A stretch of 64,000 nucleotides of DNA, taken from contig JAYWIR010000001.1 of NCBI GenBank assembly GCA_036172245.1, positions 11,780,001-11,844,000 of the forward strand. The letters are read 5' to 3'. The stretch comes from Raillietiella orientalis. Taxonomy: Eukaryota. How positions within the stretch are numbered: the stretch's first letter is position 1; each line of letters starts with the position of its first letter. Below are positions 1-11,400 of the stretch, piece by piece. The position numbers and the translations under genes are program-made. The notes below the pieces were generated by a model that saw only the letters and a program-made list of their open reading frames with translations, was not told the origin of the DNA and ran no database searches.

Positions 1-1145
1 ATCCGATCGCGACCTGATCCGGAGGTCCCGCGGTTTCCGAAGCGGGCAAACTCCCGCAACACCGCGAACGAATTTTCAAGGAAGCCGCGTGCATCCGGGA
101 AACGAGGGAACGAGTCTCCGCCGCCAGGGAGACGCTGGTTCAGAAACCGCGTGGGAGAGGAGGGTGATGGCAAGCATGAGAAAGGGCGAAGCGAACGTTC
201 CCAGTCTCTCTTCCATTCCCGGAGAAGCTCACGCGCCGATCGGGAAAAGGTTGTTTTTCCCGGAGGATGTCCGGATTTTGTCTCCAGCGAATCCTGCGAG
301 AACGAAACGGGAGCGCCTCTGGATGCAGTGGCTGAAGAGGAAGGCGAGTCGGATGCGGAGCTGACGCCGAGTTGTGAGGGCAGCTCCTCCTTTTGTTCGT
401 TGGACGAAAGCGAAAGGGGTTGCTGAGCTTCACACGGGAGCAGTGTCTCCGCGAGTTCCCTCCGGGACTCGAACCGTCTATCCTACGCTCGGCATCTGGA
501 ATTTTCTCCAAGAGCGCGCTCGCCTGATTTCCTGCGTTGCGTAGGTCTGCAGGCGGAAGCGATTCGACTGCGGGGGTCTTTCTGGGGGTGCCCTAACCGG
601 CGCTTCCAGTGGATGTCCCCCGTGACTTGGTCGGACGCCGCCATCAGCTGTTTCTTCCACGCCTTCCGTCAAACTTCCAACTATGGAAGTTCTAACTAAC
701 TAAGTTCCTTCTAACTTCTGCTGCTCTTGAGATCTCCAGCAGGGATGGACTCATCCTCCTGGCTGTTGTCGAGCTGCATCCAAGCAGGAACCAAGACTCT
801 CCTCGGGGGAGCTGCGCTCGCCTCCAGACAACCGCGGCGAGGAAGAGGCTGATAGCTGGCATCACCCTCCACGTTCCACGGTGCGCTACGTGACCGAGAG
901 AGGGCGGTCGCCAGCCTTGAGTGGAAGGGGTGCCGGGCCGTACGGGTTCGAGCGGATCCACGTGTGCTGCTGCCAACGTTTGCCAAGCAACCCCTCCCCG
1001 CAGGACCTCCACACCCACAGGCGTCCAACTCCACTTCGGTGCTTGATCGCTGCGAAGACCAGGGGAAAGCACCCCCCGTCCTCCGCGCCTTGGCAGGGGA
1101 ACGTCAGTCGTGACGCACCGGCAGCGTCATAGATATATATATATA

Positions 1146-1179
1146 TGGGTTGCCACGGCGTCGACGCCGTGGCAACCCA
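1146..1179. repeat. Perfect 34-bp palindrome adjacent to an (AT)n tract
   Basis: TGGGTTGCCACGGCGTC|GACGCCGTGGCAACCCA with no spacer; (AT)n at ~1133-1146. Confidence 0.95.
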
Positions 1180-3992
1180 GAGGAAGAGAACGCGTTGGTG
1201 GCGCTGGGCTCCAGAGATCGGCAGATTCCGCCTTCCGCGGATGTGTCCGGGGAGACTGAGGGACGGATTGACCCTTTGGCCCAGGTCTGCGCTGCCCCCC
1301 TCCCGAAGCTGACCCGCCGCGACGCTTCGGTCAGGCGCCGCCGGCGACGATGCTCTACCGATCTTCCCGTTTGTTCCCTTTGCGGTTCGCTGCGCTGCAT
1401 CCTGGCGTCGTCCTTTCGCCCCGTGGAGGGGGGGGCACGGCCCACCGAAGCTCCAGGACTTGCAGTGACGTAATCGGGGATGGGCCGCGGCGCTGGAATC
1501 CCTCCGAATGGGAAGAGAGGAGCTGCTCTCGTCTCACCGTGGAAAGTTGTGTCGTTCCCTTCCCGCGTGCGGAAGGACTCCCGGGTCCCCGGCCGTCCAG
1601 GGATCAGGAGGAATCTCAGATTCTCCTGTGCTGTTCCCTCCCTGCTGCCCGAAGTCGCCTCCAGTCCGTGACTCCGAACGCGCCCAGCCGCTACCCTTCT
1701 GAAGGAACACGGGGTGCGGCCGGAAGCGAGGACCGTCACCCGGGCAAAGGTCGTGTCCTCGGTCCACATCGCCCTTCATCCTCGCGGAAAAAGAGAGCCT
1801 GCCTCCGTGGACCCGCAGAGAGTCCAAGTTGTCGGGCCCTGAATCCGCGGCAGCACCCTTTTGGGAGCGCGCCTCAGGCTACGGGAAGCGCTGCGTCGGG
1901 TGTTCTGCGCGTAGTTCCCGGGAAACCTGAGGTCGACGGAAGGTTCGCTGCCGCCGCCTCAGCTCTCCGCGAGCTATGCCGACGCATCATCCCGACGGCG
2001 TTCCGCCTTGTCCGGGATGCAGCGAGCGGCAACTTCCGCTTGGGGGCAAAAAATGGATGACGCGGAAACAGAAAGCCCGCTCCAGATTTCCCGCCGCCCT
2101 CCCCTAGCGACTCCCTCTTTCCTCGCCAGTCTTCCCTACCTCCCCCCTTCATAGCGATCCCACGTGCAGATTTGCCGCGTCCCTCCTTTCGCAGGGAGAA
2201 GGAGATCCCGGCACTCAGACGGAAGCTGGGAGCTGCTGCCTGCCCGCCCTCTCTCGCCCTGCCCTTCTCACCCCCACACCATTCTGCCCCTGAAATTCCC
2301 GCTTTCTCTTCCTCCTTGGCCTCCTCGTCTCCATCCTGGAACTAACGGAAGGTCCCCGCTTCAGGTTGAGCTCAGGCTTCTCGGTGGGTGGTGGCGCGTG
2401 GCGCAGGGGATCAGCTCTTCGTCCGCAGTCTCATCCTCTCCCCATTCCTCAGCATGGCGCGCTCGACGTTCTGCCTCAATGGAGCGCCCTGCGCATCGCG
2501 GAACGAGACGGCGGCTCCGCCCGCGCCCCGGTCGTCCGGCGGCAGAGCGGGTGGGATGGGAGTTTGTGCGTGTCTGTGTGCACGTACCCTACGACAGGGG
2601 TCGCTTTCTCAAAGCGGGAAGCCTTCCCTCCCTGAGGGCCCTTGGACGCCGAACACGGGAAGAGGAGGATGAAGCCAAAGGCTCTGCAAACGCGACCAAA
2701 GGTCTTCCTGGGCGTGGCAGCGCCCTCTGGTCGCCGACAGGGAGCCGGCAGGACCCGAGGCGCGCCCCTGGCGTTTCCCCTGACGCGCGCGAAGGACGGG
2801 GATGTCGCCTCGGGGTTAGAGCGGGAGAAGGGCACTCCCTCCCGTCTTTCTTCAGGTTCGACTTTTTTCACGTTGCGCGAAAGGCAGGGTCACTTGCTGG
2901 CTGGAGGCCATCCGCGGCCGCGGACGAGGACCTTCCTGTGTCCGAACCTCCGCCGCCTCTCTGGCCACTCCTTCGACCAGCAGCAGAGCCGAGCAGGGGG
3001 AATCGACGGCTCGCACATGCGGCGGTGCCCGGCCATCCCAAGTAGAGTTCTTCGGGCACGAGGGGATACCATCTCGCCGAGCCTCGCATCCCTCGTGTTC
3101 GGGGTCGCACTCGGCCGAATCACCGCAGGTGACTCCCACGAGTCTGGGAGGTGCCCTGGTGCGCGCGGTGCTGCCCCCCTCACCTACGAACCAAGGGATG
3201 CTCCCCACCCCACCCCACCCCCGTGGTCGGAACTTTCGGTATCACCTGCGCCTTCTTCGACCAGAGGCTCTGCCGCTCTCCCCCCCTCTCCCCCGCCCTC
3301 GCGTGGCCCTAGCAACCAGCGTCGTTCTGGAAGCATCCGGAGCCTCTCGACCTGGTGAGCGGCACGCATCTGCCAGGAAAGGAAAAGTCCACGCGCAGGG
3401 CATCGCAGACGTTCGTCTCCGCCCCGCACGCGGAGGGAGGGGGAGGGGAGGAGTGACCACTCGCTGCGAGTGCGCGAGCTCGAAGTGAGGCGGTGTCACG
3501 TGACGTCAGAATGGAATTGGAAGAATCGAGAGGTGATGCAACTTACTATCGACTGCTCCTGACATGCGCTGGGCTGGAGGAAAGGGAGAGGGGTAGGGGT
3601 TCGACACCGCCTCATGGTGGCCACGGACGAGGGTGTGCCCGCGGGGGAGCTCGGCGACGAGCAATAGTCTGGAACGTTCGGGGCCCCGGCAACGCGTCGC
3701 CGGGCGGCCCCCGAGTGAACAGGAAGAGTTCCAGACTCGGCTTTCGCCCAACTGGCATTCCACAAACGGCTCTCCTACGGGAACGGCTCTCCCGGTCAGG
3801 CTTCCACTGTTCCGCTCGATAGGGTGAATGAAAGCAATGCAGCCAGAGAGGGCCTCCCGACAGAAGGGGAAGGAAAAGGAAGTTCTTTCGTCCGGGACCG
3901 TCCCGCAAAGCCTTCCGAGTGGGGGCTCACCTTTCTTCCCAGAATTTCTTCGGACTTTCAAACGCACCCCCCGGCAACACCTGGGTTGGGCA

Positions 3993-4462
3993 ACGCTCCG
4001 CACCGGCTGGGCACTCGAGGTCCTCCAAACCTGCGCGCGCGTTCAGAGACGCTGGAGCTCCGCCGATGCCCGTCGTGCGCGAAACCGCCTCCTGAAGGAA
4101 ACGCCTCTATACACCTCGCTCCCCACACCCCTACCCTGCTCTCCCTCGCAACATCGCTGCGACTGGCGACAGTCCGGCGAGAGACCGCCACCTCGTTTCT
4201 TGCAGAGGTCACGTCCAGATGTTCCCCTTTTCGGTCCCCCCCACCTCCACCCCCACCCTCGCGCGCTCGAAGCACCCACTCGTCCCGTTCCTGCCGCCGT
4301 CTCTCCCCCCCTCCCCCATGCTATCGCAGCTGCCAGCCGGTTAGCGTGCCATCGGGAACGCCGACCCGAGGCGGCAGCCCAGGTGACCGGCGCTCAGAGC
4401 GAGGAGAAGCACCGCAGCCTTCGCGCTTGGCACCGCCAGGCGTCGCGGGTTCGAATCCCTCC
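3993..4462 (+). repeat. 470-bp segment A, duplicated in inverted orientation at 5976-6445
   Basis: Ends and lengths match exactly; only two mismatches were noticed by eye. Confidence 0.95.
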
Positions 4463-4464
4463 GA

Positions 4465-4742
4465 AGAAGAAACAAGGGAACGTCCCCTTCCAGGGGCTCC
4501 CTCCGGAGAGGACAAGGAAGAGGTGATTCCCTTCGGGGCTCCCCTCTTAAACGTGAGGGAACGGACTCGTTCCTCCGGAGTCTTCCTGGGTTCACAGGAT
4601 GAAGTCTCTACAGGGTTGCCTCCTATAGCTAAAAGAGTGACACGCGCTCTTGAGAGGCGTAGACTGAGTCAAAGAGCTCCGTGAGCGCCCCCCTAAGGAG
4701 GCGAGCGGACCTTCGACACTTGCCGAACCAAGAAGAAGAAAA
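4465..4742 (+). repeat. Segment C, direct repeat of ~7543-7815; diverged third copy at ~27470-27790
   Basis: Colinear sequence similarity, e.g. ggagtcttcctgggttcacaggatgaagtctctacagggttgcctcctatagctaaaaga is shared by the first two copies. Confidence 0.9.
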
Positions 4743-5505
4743 GCGAGGGGAGGAAGGGTGGTGGGTGGCCGTGGATACTGGAAATGCCCTTCGGCGTGCC
4801 ATCGGCGTCCGCCGTGTCTCCCACCATTTTTTCCCCTCCCCACCTGCAGGGAGGCTGACTGGAAGGTCGGTAGTTTCCTAGGGTTCCTTTTTCACTCCGG
4901 GATCGCTTTCCAGTGAGCGCGCTGAGGGTCCCGGCTGAAGGAGCAGCGACGACAGGGTGCATCCAGGGTGGCACTGCTGTCTGCATCCAGACGGGAACGG
5001 GCGCGGCCGCGGGTGCGTTCGGGCTCTTCAAATAGGGAGCGGCTGATTTATGCATCAGCGTTTGCGGGTCTCGTCGTTTGGAGATCGGAAACTCCATCTA
5101 GAAGATCTCGTCTCTGTTGCGCTTCTCTTGATCGGCTGCGATGGGTGGAGCGGCGTTAATTCGAATCTGAAGAGGAGGCTAGGGGAGAGGGGAGGGGAGG
5201 TTGATAAACTATATCGCCATCCCGTCCGAGGAAAGCTCTTGCTTGAGAAACAAGAGGAAGAGGACAACTTGGGATATTTTCCCTCCGAAACGCGAGCCGC
5301 TCCGTTGCCTAGAGACTGAATCCGATGTGTCCAATAGTGTGCACGTGTTTTCTTTCACCCTATCTAGATAACAGACCCTTCGATGAACATTTTTCCGGAA
5401 ACGAAAGGCAGACTCCAGGTGGACTCCCGACGCGCGTCCAGTTCAAAAGCAGCAACCTACATAAACCCTCTCCGCCTCTCTGCCTCTGTCCCCTTCCGGA
5501 GGGAA

Positions 5506-5891
5506 CCCCCGGAAGGGGACGTTCCCTTGTTTCTTCTCCGGAGGGAATCCGGGAAGCATCCGCTCGTGGAATTTCTTTCTCCGTAGGGAACCCGCAAGGG
5601 AACCGCTCCTTGCTTTTATTCCTCCTCTGAGGAGAACCCCGAAGGGACGTTTCCCGATCTCTCTGGAGCAGGAAGGGCGCAGCGCGCTTCTTTACACTCT
5701 GGCGAGGCGATCCCCCGGACGGGATATCGACCAGCGCCACGGGTACGACTCCATGTTCACCACCGGAGGGAAACTACCCCGGAGGGAAGAGGCGCTCCTT
5801 GGTTCCTGGAAGGTACAGCCTGCAGGGTCCACTTCCAATCGCGGCCGGTCAACGGGGACATTCGGCTTCCACCAGTGCCAACGCACCCCAA
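5506..5891 (-). repeat. 386-bp segment B, duplicated in inverted orientation at 7188-7573
   Basis: Near-identical reverse complement; the peptide MALVDIPSGGSPRQ... is shared by ORFs 5360..5740(-) and 7339..7680(+). Confidence 0.95.
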
Positions 5892-5975
5892 GAGACCAAC
5901 CAGCGTCATCCTGCAGGGAGGGAGTACTCGAAATCCACGACGCACCCTCCATTTCTCCGCTTCGATCCTTCCCCT

Positions 5976-6445
5976 GGAGGGATTCGAACCCGCGACTCCT
6001 GGCGGTGCCAAGCGCGAAGGCTGCGGTGCTTCTCCTCGCTCTGAGCGCCGGTCACCTGGGCTGCCGCCTCGGGTCGGCGTTCCCGATGGCACGCTAACCG
6101 GCTGGCAGCTGCGATAGCATGGGGGAGGGGGGGAGAGACGGCGGCAGGAACGGGACGAGTGGGTGCTTCGAGCGCGCGAGGGTGGGGGTGGAGGTGGGGG
6201 GGACCGAAAAGGGGAACATCTGGACGTGACCTCTGCAAGAAACGAGGTGGCGGTCTCTCGCCGGACTGTCGCCAGTCGCAGCGATGTTGCGAGGGAGAGC
6301 AGGGTAGGGGTGTGGGGAGCGAGGTGTATAGAGGCGTTTCCTCCAGGAGGCGGTTTCGCGCACGACGGGCATCGGCGGAGCTCCAGCGTCTCTGAACGCG
6401 CGCGCAGGTTTGGAGGACCTCGAGTGCCCAGCCGGTGCGGAGCGT
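5976..6445 (-). repeat. Inverted copy of segment A (3993-4462)
   Basis: Reverse complement of 3993-4462; the same peptides appear on opposite strands in the ORF track. Confidence 0.95.
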
Positions 6446-6634
6446 CGTCCCCCGAGGCACGTTCTGCCGAACCAAAGAGTCGAGTCCCGATCCCCGGACG
6501 TTATCCCTCGGTATCCCTGCAGGTCCGGCTGCGGCACCGCGTCCCCATCCTTCCACAAAATGCGTCAGCACCCCGGCGACGCTGCTGTGGTTGTGGGCGT
6601 GCAGCACGCAGAGAGTGTGACCTTGGAGTGACAT
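6300..6634 (-). pseudogene. Decayed L1/Tx1-type ORF1 fragment (RRM-like region leading into a degenerate zinc knuckle)
   Basis: VLHA...VLTHFVEGWG...GIP...V.G....V...VP...G..LEV..TCAR then, across a frameshift, RRCP. This resembles the ORF1 RRM-to-CCHC pattern. Confidence 0.4.
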
Positions 6635-7036
6635 CTTAGTCTAGAATGATTCACTCGACATGGTCCACGGATGTGCTCTGCGTCTCACGGTCCGTAGAAC
6701 TCGAACTGCGCGGTTACGCTCCTCCCGAAGGCCTCCCGCCTTCCTTTGTGCTTTTCGTCCGCGACCACCGCAACCTCTGTGATGCTGCTGCCGCGGAGCC
6801 TGGAGGAGCAGCGGTGTGGTTTGCCAGAGGAAGATTCCAGGTCCGGTCGCTGGCTGAGGGAGGCTGCGTGAAATTTCGAAGAGGAGGTGGGGAGCGCGAA
6901 GCCGATTTTCTTTCACCCCGTTTTGTTAAAGGAGCTGAGGATGAGAAAGCGAAAAGGCCGCACCCCTGAGGAGAAAAGCAGGAACGTTGGCCGATGCCAT
7001 AATCCGGAAAACTACGTACCATAGCCACAGTCAATG

Positions 7037-7820
7037 TTGGCGGTAGCCGTGTGGCTGCGGCCCTCCTCGCATGATGCCAGTCGTCGTGGGTTCGAATCCT
7101 ACCCGGGGAAGGGGAGGGTGGTCGATGTCGAGAATAAGGGGTGCATCATGGGGTTCCAGTCCACTCAGCAGGACACTGGTCAATCTATTGGGGTGCGTTG
7201 GCACTGGTGGAAGCCGAATGTCCCCGTTGACCGGCCGCGATTGGAAGTGGACCCTGCAGGCTGTACCTTCCAGGAACCAAGGAGCGCCTCTTCCCTCCGG
7301 GGTAGTTTCCCTCCGGTGGTGAACATGGAGTCGTACCCGTGGCGCTGGTCGATATCCCGTCCGGGGGATCGCCTCGCCAGAGTGTAAAGAAGCGCGCTGC
7401 GCCCTTCCTGCTCCAGAGAGATCGGGAAACGTCCCTTCGGGGTTCTCCTCAGAGGAGGAATAAAAGCAAGGAGCGGTTCCCTTGCGGGTTCCCTACGGAG
7501 AAAGAAATTCCACAAGCGGATGCTTCCCGGATTCCCTCCGGAGAAGAAACAAGGGAACGTCCCCTTCCGGGGGCTCCCTTCGGAGAGGACAAGGAAGAGG
7601 TGGTTCCCTTCGGTGCTCCCCTCTTAAACGTGGGGGGAACGGACTCGTTCCTCCGGAGTCTTCCTGGGTTCACAGGATGAAGTCTCTACAGGGTTGCCTC
7701 CTATAGCTAAAAGAATGACACGCGCTCTCGAGAGGCGTGGACTGAGTCAAAGAGCTCCTTGAGCGTCCCCTAAGGAGGCGAGCGGACCTTTGACATCTGG
7801 CGAACCAAAAAGAAGAAAAA
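7037..7820 (+). mobile_element. Composite repeat copy: tRNA-like head, segment B with hairpin array, and segment C
   Basis: A-box-like TAGCCGTGTGG (7044-7054) and B-box GGTTCGAATCC (7089-7099). 7188-7573 is segment B; ~7543-7815 is a direct repeat of ~4465-4742. Confidence 0.75.
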
Positions 7821-7904
7821 AGCTGAAAGGAAAGCAGCGAAAGCGGAAGCGACCCAAAGGATTTCTACCATCCTAGGACTCTGCGGCCCCCAGGGTTCCA
7901 CCCC

Positions 7905-8759
7905 AAGGATTTCTACGCTGGGGAGAGCTTCTCAAATTTCCTCCGGAGGAGAGGAAGTGACCTCCAGCATGCTGGAGCAATGGCGCCGTCCCCCTCGAGT
8001 GCCGGGAGTTGGCATTGCTGGTGGCTCATGGAGGAATCCCGTGCAGAGCGAGCCTTCACCACTGGACGCAGGGGGAGTGTGGACGCTTAGAAGGGGACAG
8101 TTTCGGGAAGAAGGAGGCCATTCCGTCCCTTCTGTTGGCCGTGCTGCCCTCTGACACCTTTGGGATTGCCTTGAGGTGGCCCTAGAAATCCTGGTGGGCG
8201 GTCCCAGGGACCTTTTCCGGCGCCTCTTCCTGCGTGCCGCTCTGTCGTCAACCGTGTCTCTCGCAGTCCTCTTGCTATCTCCACGGGATCGCGGCGGCCT
8301 GGAACGCAGGAAGAATAAGAAGCCGAAGATGCAGGGATGCCATCCACTGGGCACGGATCTTCTTGAGGACCGCCTCCAGATGGCGCCGCCTGGGCGCTAT
8401 ACGGACGGAACTTGCCGGCCTCCTGAACAGGATGCAGGGGGCACCTGTCAGCGTACCGTGATCCCTTCCTAGGTTCCCTCTTCCTCCATCCCCATGTACG
8501 AATTCCCCTTCCCTGTTTTGTGTTTGTTTTATTTACTTATTAATTTTTTCCCCTCCCGCGCGCTGCCGAGGAGAATTTCCAGTCTGCTCACCGCTCTTGG
8601 GCAGGTTCCAAGCACGTGGTAGGACCAAGGGTTCTATCACACCAATGTATTCTGATTACCTTAAGTAATAAATGCCCGTCATGACCAAGTGATAATCATC
8701 CTAGGTCAGTAACAATCTCCTCGTGAGATCGCTACTGGTCTTGAAAAAAAAAAAAAAAA
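7905..8759 (+). mobile_element. L1/Tx1 ORF2 C-terminus with 3' UTR and poly(A)
   Basis: Homologous to 56637-57330, where the zf-RVT is readable. C-terminal peptide RWRRLGAIRTELAGLLNRMQ, T-rich UTR, AATAAA near 8667 and A16 at 8744-8759. Confidence 0.7.
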
Positions 8760-8929
8760 TGCAGTCGATGAAAAGCGGTGCCCGTCTTCTTCGCGCGTGT
8801 CTTCTTAGCAGCCTTCTCGAACGCCTTATGTGCTCGGCGCCCACCGGCAGACCTCTACGAGGGACGCCATCACCCCTTGTCCGGCGTGTCCTGCGTAATT
8901 CCTGCGGTCCCAGCCTCCTGTTTTCCTAT

Positions 8930-10480
8930 TTCACTTGAGGGTGCATTCCCGCTGAACCCGGGAGGTGAGAGGCTCGCGAGCTTTCGATGCCTTCTAGGGA
9001 AGGATGCCGGGAAGGTTCTAGAGTTGGTTCGGGGAAGACCTGGAGGGACTCAATACTCCCCGGTTCTTGCCTCCACAGGCCGCGGCCAATGCAGTCGCGT
9101 GGAGTCCGTCCGCCGTGTCTCTTCGTAGCGTCTTCGTGTCTGCAGAAGAGGAACGGCCGGGAAAAGGCCCTGAGAGAACGACTCTCTTTCTTGCAGTTCC
9201 AGAAGAAGATGAAGAAACGATCTCTGGGAAGAGATTCTCTTGTTTCACCGACCAGTGTGGACACAAGAAGAGCCGCAAGCTGGCGCGGTCTGCTGCTTTC
9301 AGAGTGGTTCGGCCTTTCAGGGGCGTCGCTTGAACTTTCCCGCTGGTCCGCGACGCCCGAAGTCCACTAATCACCTGTCATAGAAAAGCGCGGAGCCGGT
9401 AAGAAATGGGTGAGCATCAGTGAGCGGAAAACGACAGATCACCGACGCGTGTACCCTCGGTCGTGGGAGTCTTCGAACTGATCTCCAGGACCCATCCAGT
9501 CAGTCCTGTCAAGGAAGGAAGCGACGCAGACGAGATAGAGAGGAGAGAGGGTCCAGTGGTCCCGAAGAGATCGATCCCGAGCTACGACTAGGCTACAGAG
9601 ACCGTGTCGCCTGGACCTGTTGCCCGGAGACGGAGGTCGGGGCGACACTGCCTGCCCCATGCGAGAAGTCGGTGGTGGTGGAGCAGCACCGGGGGGTGCT
9701 GCTGAAAAGAGAGTAGATCCGGATGCAGGGACTGCCTCCCTGTTCCACCCACAGGGAAGGATGGTAATTCCCGGAGTATCCACGACGTGTCCTGAGGGCA
9801 CTTCCAAGTCACCAGCCAAAACAAACATCCATCCGACGAGGCGACTAAGTGGCGAAAGGTCGTCAGGAGGCTGCTCCCGTGTCAAGTCTGAATTCTGTAC
9901 ACCGAAGCATCCCAGCGCTCCGGGACTGGTCGCCGGGAGAGAGCGCAGAAGAGTGCGGATCTCGTAGCTCCAACTTCCAGAATGTTTGCGACTCTTCTCG
10001 AGCGTAACTGAGAAGCGCGCGCCGCTCCACATCTGCTTGATCTCTCGCAGCTGGTGGCCCACCGTGAGAAGCTGTCACGGGCGACAAGAAACAGCGCACT
10101 GCTTGCTTGCTCGTCGTTGGTCGCTGACCACCCCAACGCTGCATTCCTCCGCGACGACACGGATCCGCCTCGCTCTCGCGGTCTCCTAGCCTTCTTGCTG
10201 TCTTCGCCTCGCGAACGAGCCTGCAAGAACTTCATCGCAGGTCGCAGGGGAACACTCCTCCCAGACCACCAGCACTCCTCAGTGGATTCCAGTCCGTCGA
10301 AGCATAGGAACTTGAGAGAACGAGTGGAACCCACTCAAGGGGGTGTCTCTGCGGCTTCCTCCTCCACGTCAGGCATTCAGCACCTCTCGCTGGAGTCTTG
10401 CGGCGCCATCGACGACCCGCAAAGATCTGCACCGGAGGAGGAGGTCTCCTTGTCCTCGAATCCCGCCTCCAGCAGCCTGC
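8930..10480 (-). pseudogene. Two decayed, out-of-order L1-type ORF2 fragments (post-RT thumb ~9440-10480; EN-RT linker ~8930-9370)
   Basis: Thumb-like WWSGR...AMKFL...PRERGG; linker-like GE...FFIFFWNCKK and HLPGSAGMHP (cf. PGPDG). Confidence 0.45.
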
Positions 10481-10539
10481 GGTCCTCCTCGACGGCCACC
10501 TAAGTGCAGGTCTGCAACCCGGCGACCCGGCAGGTCTCT

Positions 10540-11400
10540 TCTAAATTGGGCGTGGTTGGACTACCGATCCAACCACAATTTCTTTTGTAATAAGTTTGTG
10601 TAAAATAAACGCCCCGGTGCACCCGGGTGAAAATCGACAGCCACCCATCGGGGAGCGCGAATCTCTCCCCCACCTGCTACTGGACTGTGTTGCCCTCCGG
10701 CCCCTATGGAAACGCATTATGCGTTCGAATGGGGACCAGAGTTTGGGAACGGCCCTGGGAACTCCCGGACCCAACTCCAGGCACGCTATCAAACCCCTCT
10801 TCGTTCACGACGCCCTTCGGCCAGCGGCCCCGCTAGCAGCTCTCTGCTGCCGACGCGGCATCACCGTCGCTGCCTGGAGCGACGCAACAGGACGACCGAG
10901 CGACAGGGGTGCCTCATCCACTTCGCCGTCTGCTTCATCAGGATAGCAACGCGATGGCCCCACCTGGACAGGAGTACCCAGCAAGACCTTGCCGGCATCC
11001 TACAGAGGATGGACAGGACCTGCAACAGCAGACAGTGATCCCTTCCCTTATCCCTCAAAGTACATTTGTTTTTGTTTTCCTTTTTTTTCTTTTTGCTTGC
11101 CCCTTCCCCTCTGCTGCCGTGGTGGACCACTGGTCCAACCACAGTTCTCATGAAATGTTTATTTTTGAAATAAACACCCCGGCGCACCTGGGTGAGAATC
11201 GACGGCCGCCCGCCGAAAGGCAGGAATGGACTCACCCGGCGGTTGGGTGCGCTGCGGCACTGTCTTCGGAGACGGCTGCCCTTCGGTGGGCGGATCAACA
11301 ACGGCTCTCCTTAGCACGGTCCGCCTTCCGTTGGACACCGTTTCTCTGTCCATGGCAACCAGAGTCACCTTCTGCGCGCCCGAGGCGTGACCCAAGACCC
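10540..11400 (+). mobile_element. Head-to-tail LINE 3'-end units (~565-bp period)
   Basis: zf-RVT tail ESLPHLLLDCVALRPLW and C-terminus RWPHL...DLAGILQRM. AATAAA-CGCCCCGG-type ends at 10604 and 11169 are followed by similar junction sequence. Confidence 0.7.

Noticed and set aside
6480-6639. Plus-strand zinc knuckle RCCGCGRAARREC
   Set aside because: It lacks the His, and the minus-strand ORF1-like reading is continuous with segment A. Unresolved, so not called.
7037-7110. Functional tRNA gene
   Set aside because: The T-arm and boxes are present, but the acceptor, D and anticodon stems do not pair properly. Treated as a tRNA-derived repeat.
7414-7640. CRISPR-like array
   Set aside because: The units are degenerate, have no identical repeats or unique spacers, and lie in a eukaryotic context with no cas genes.
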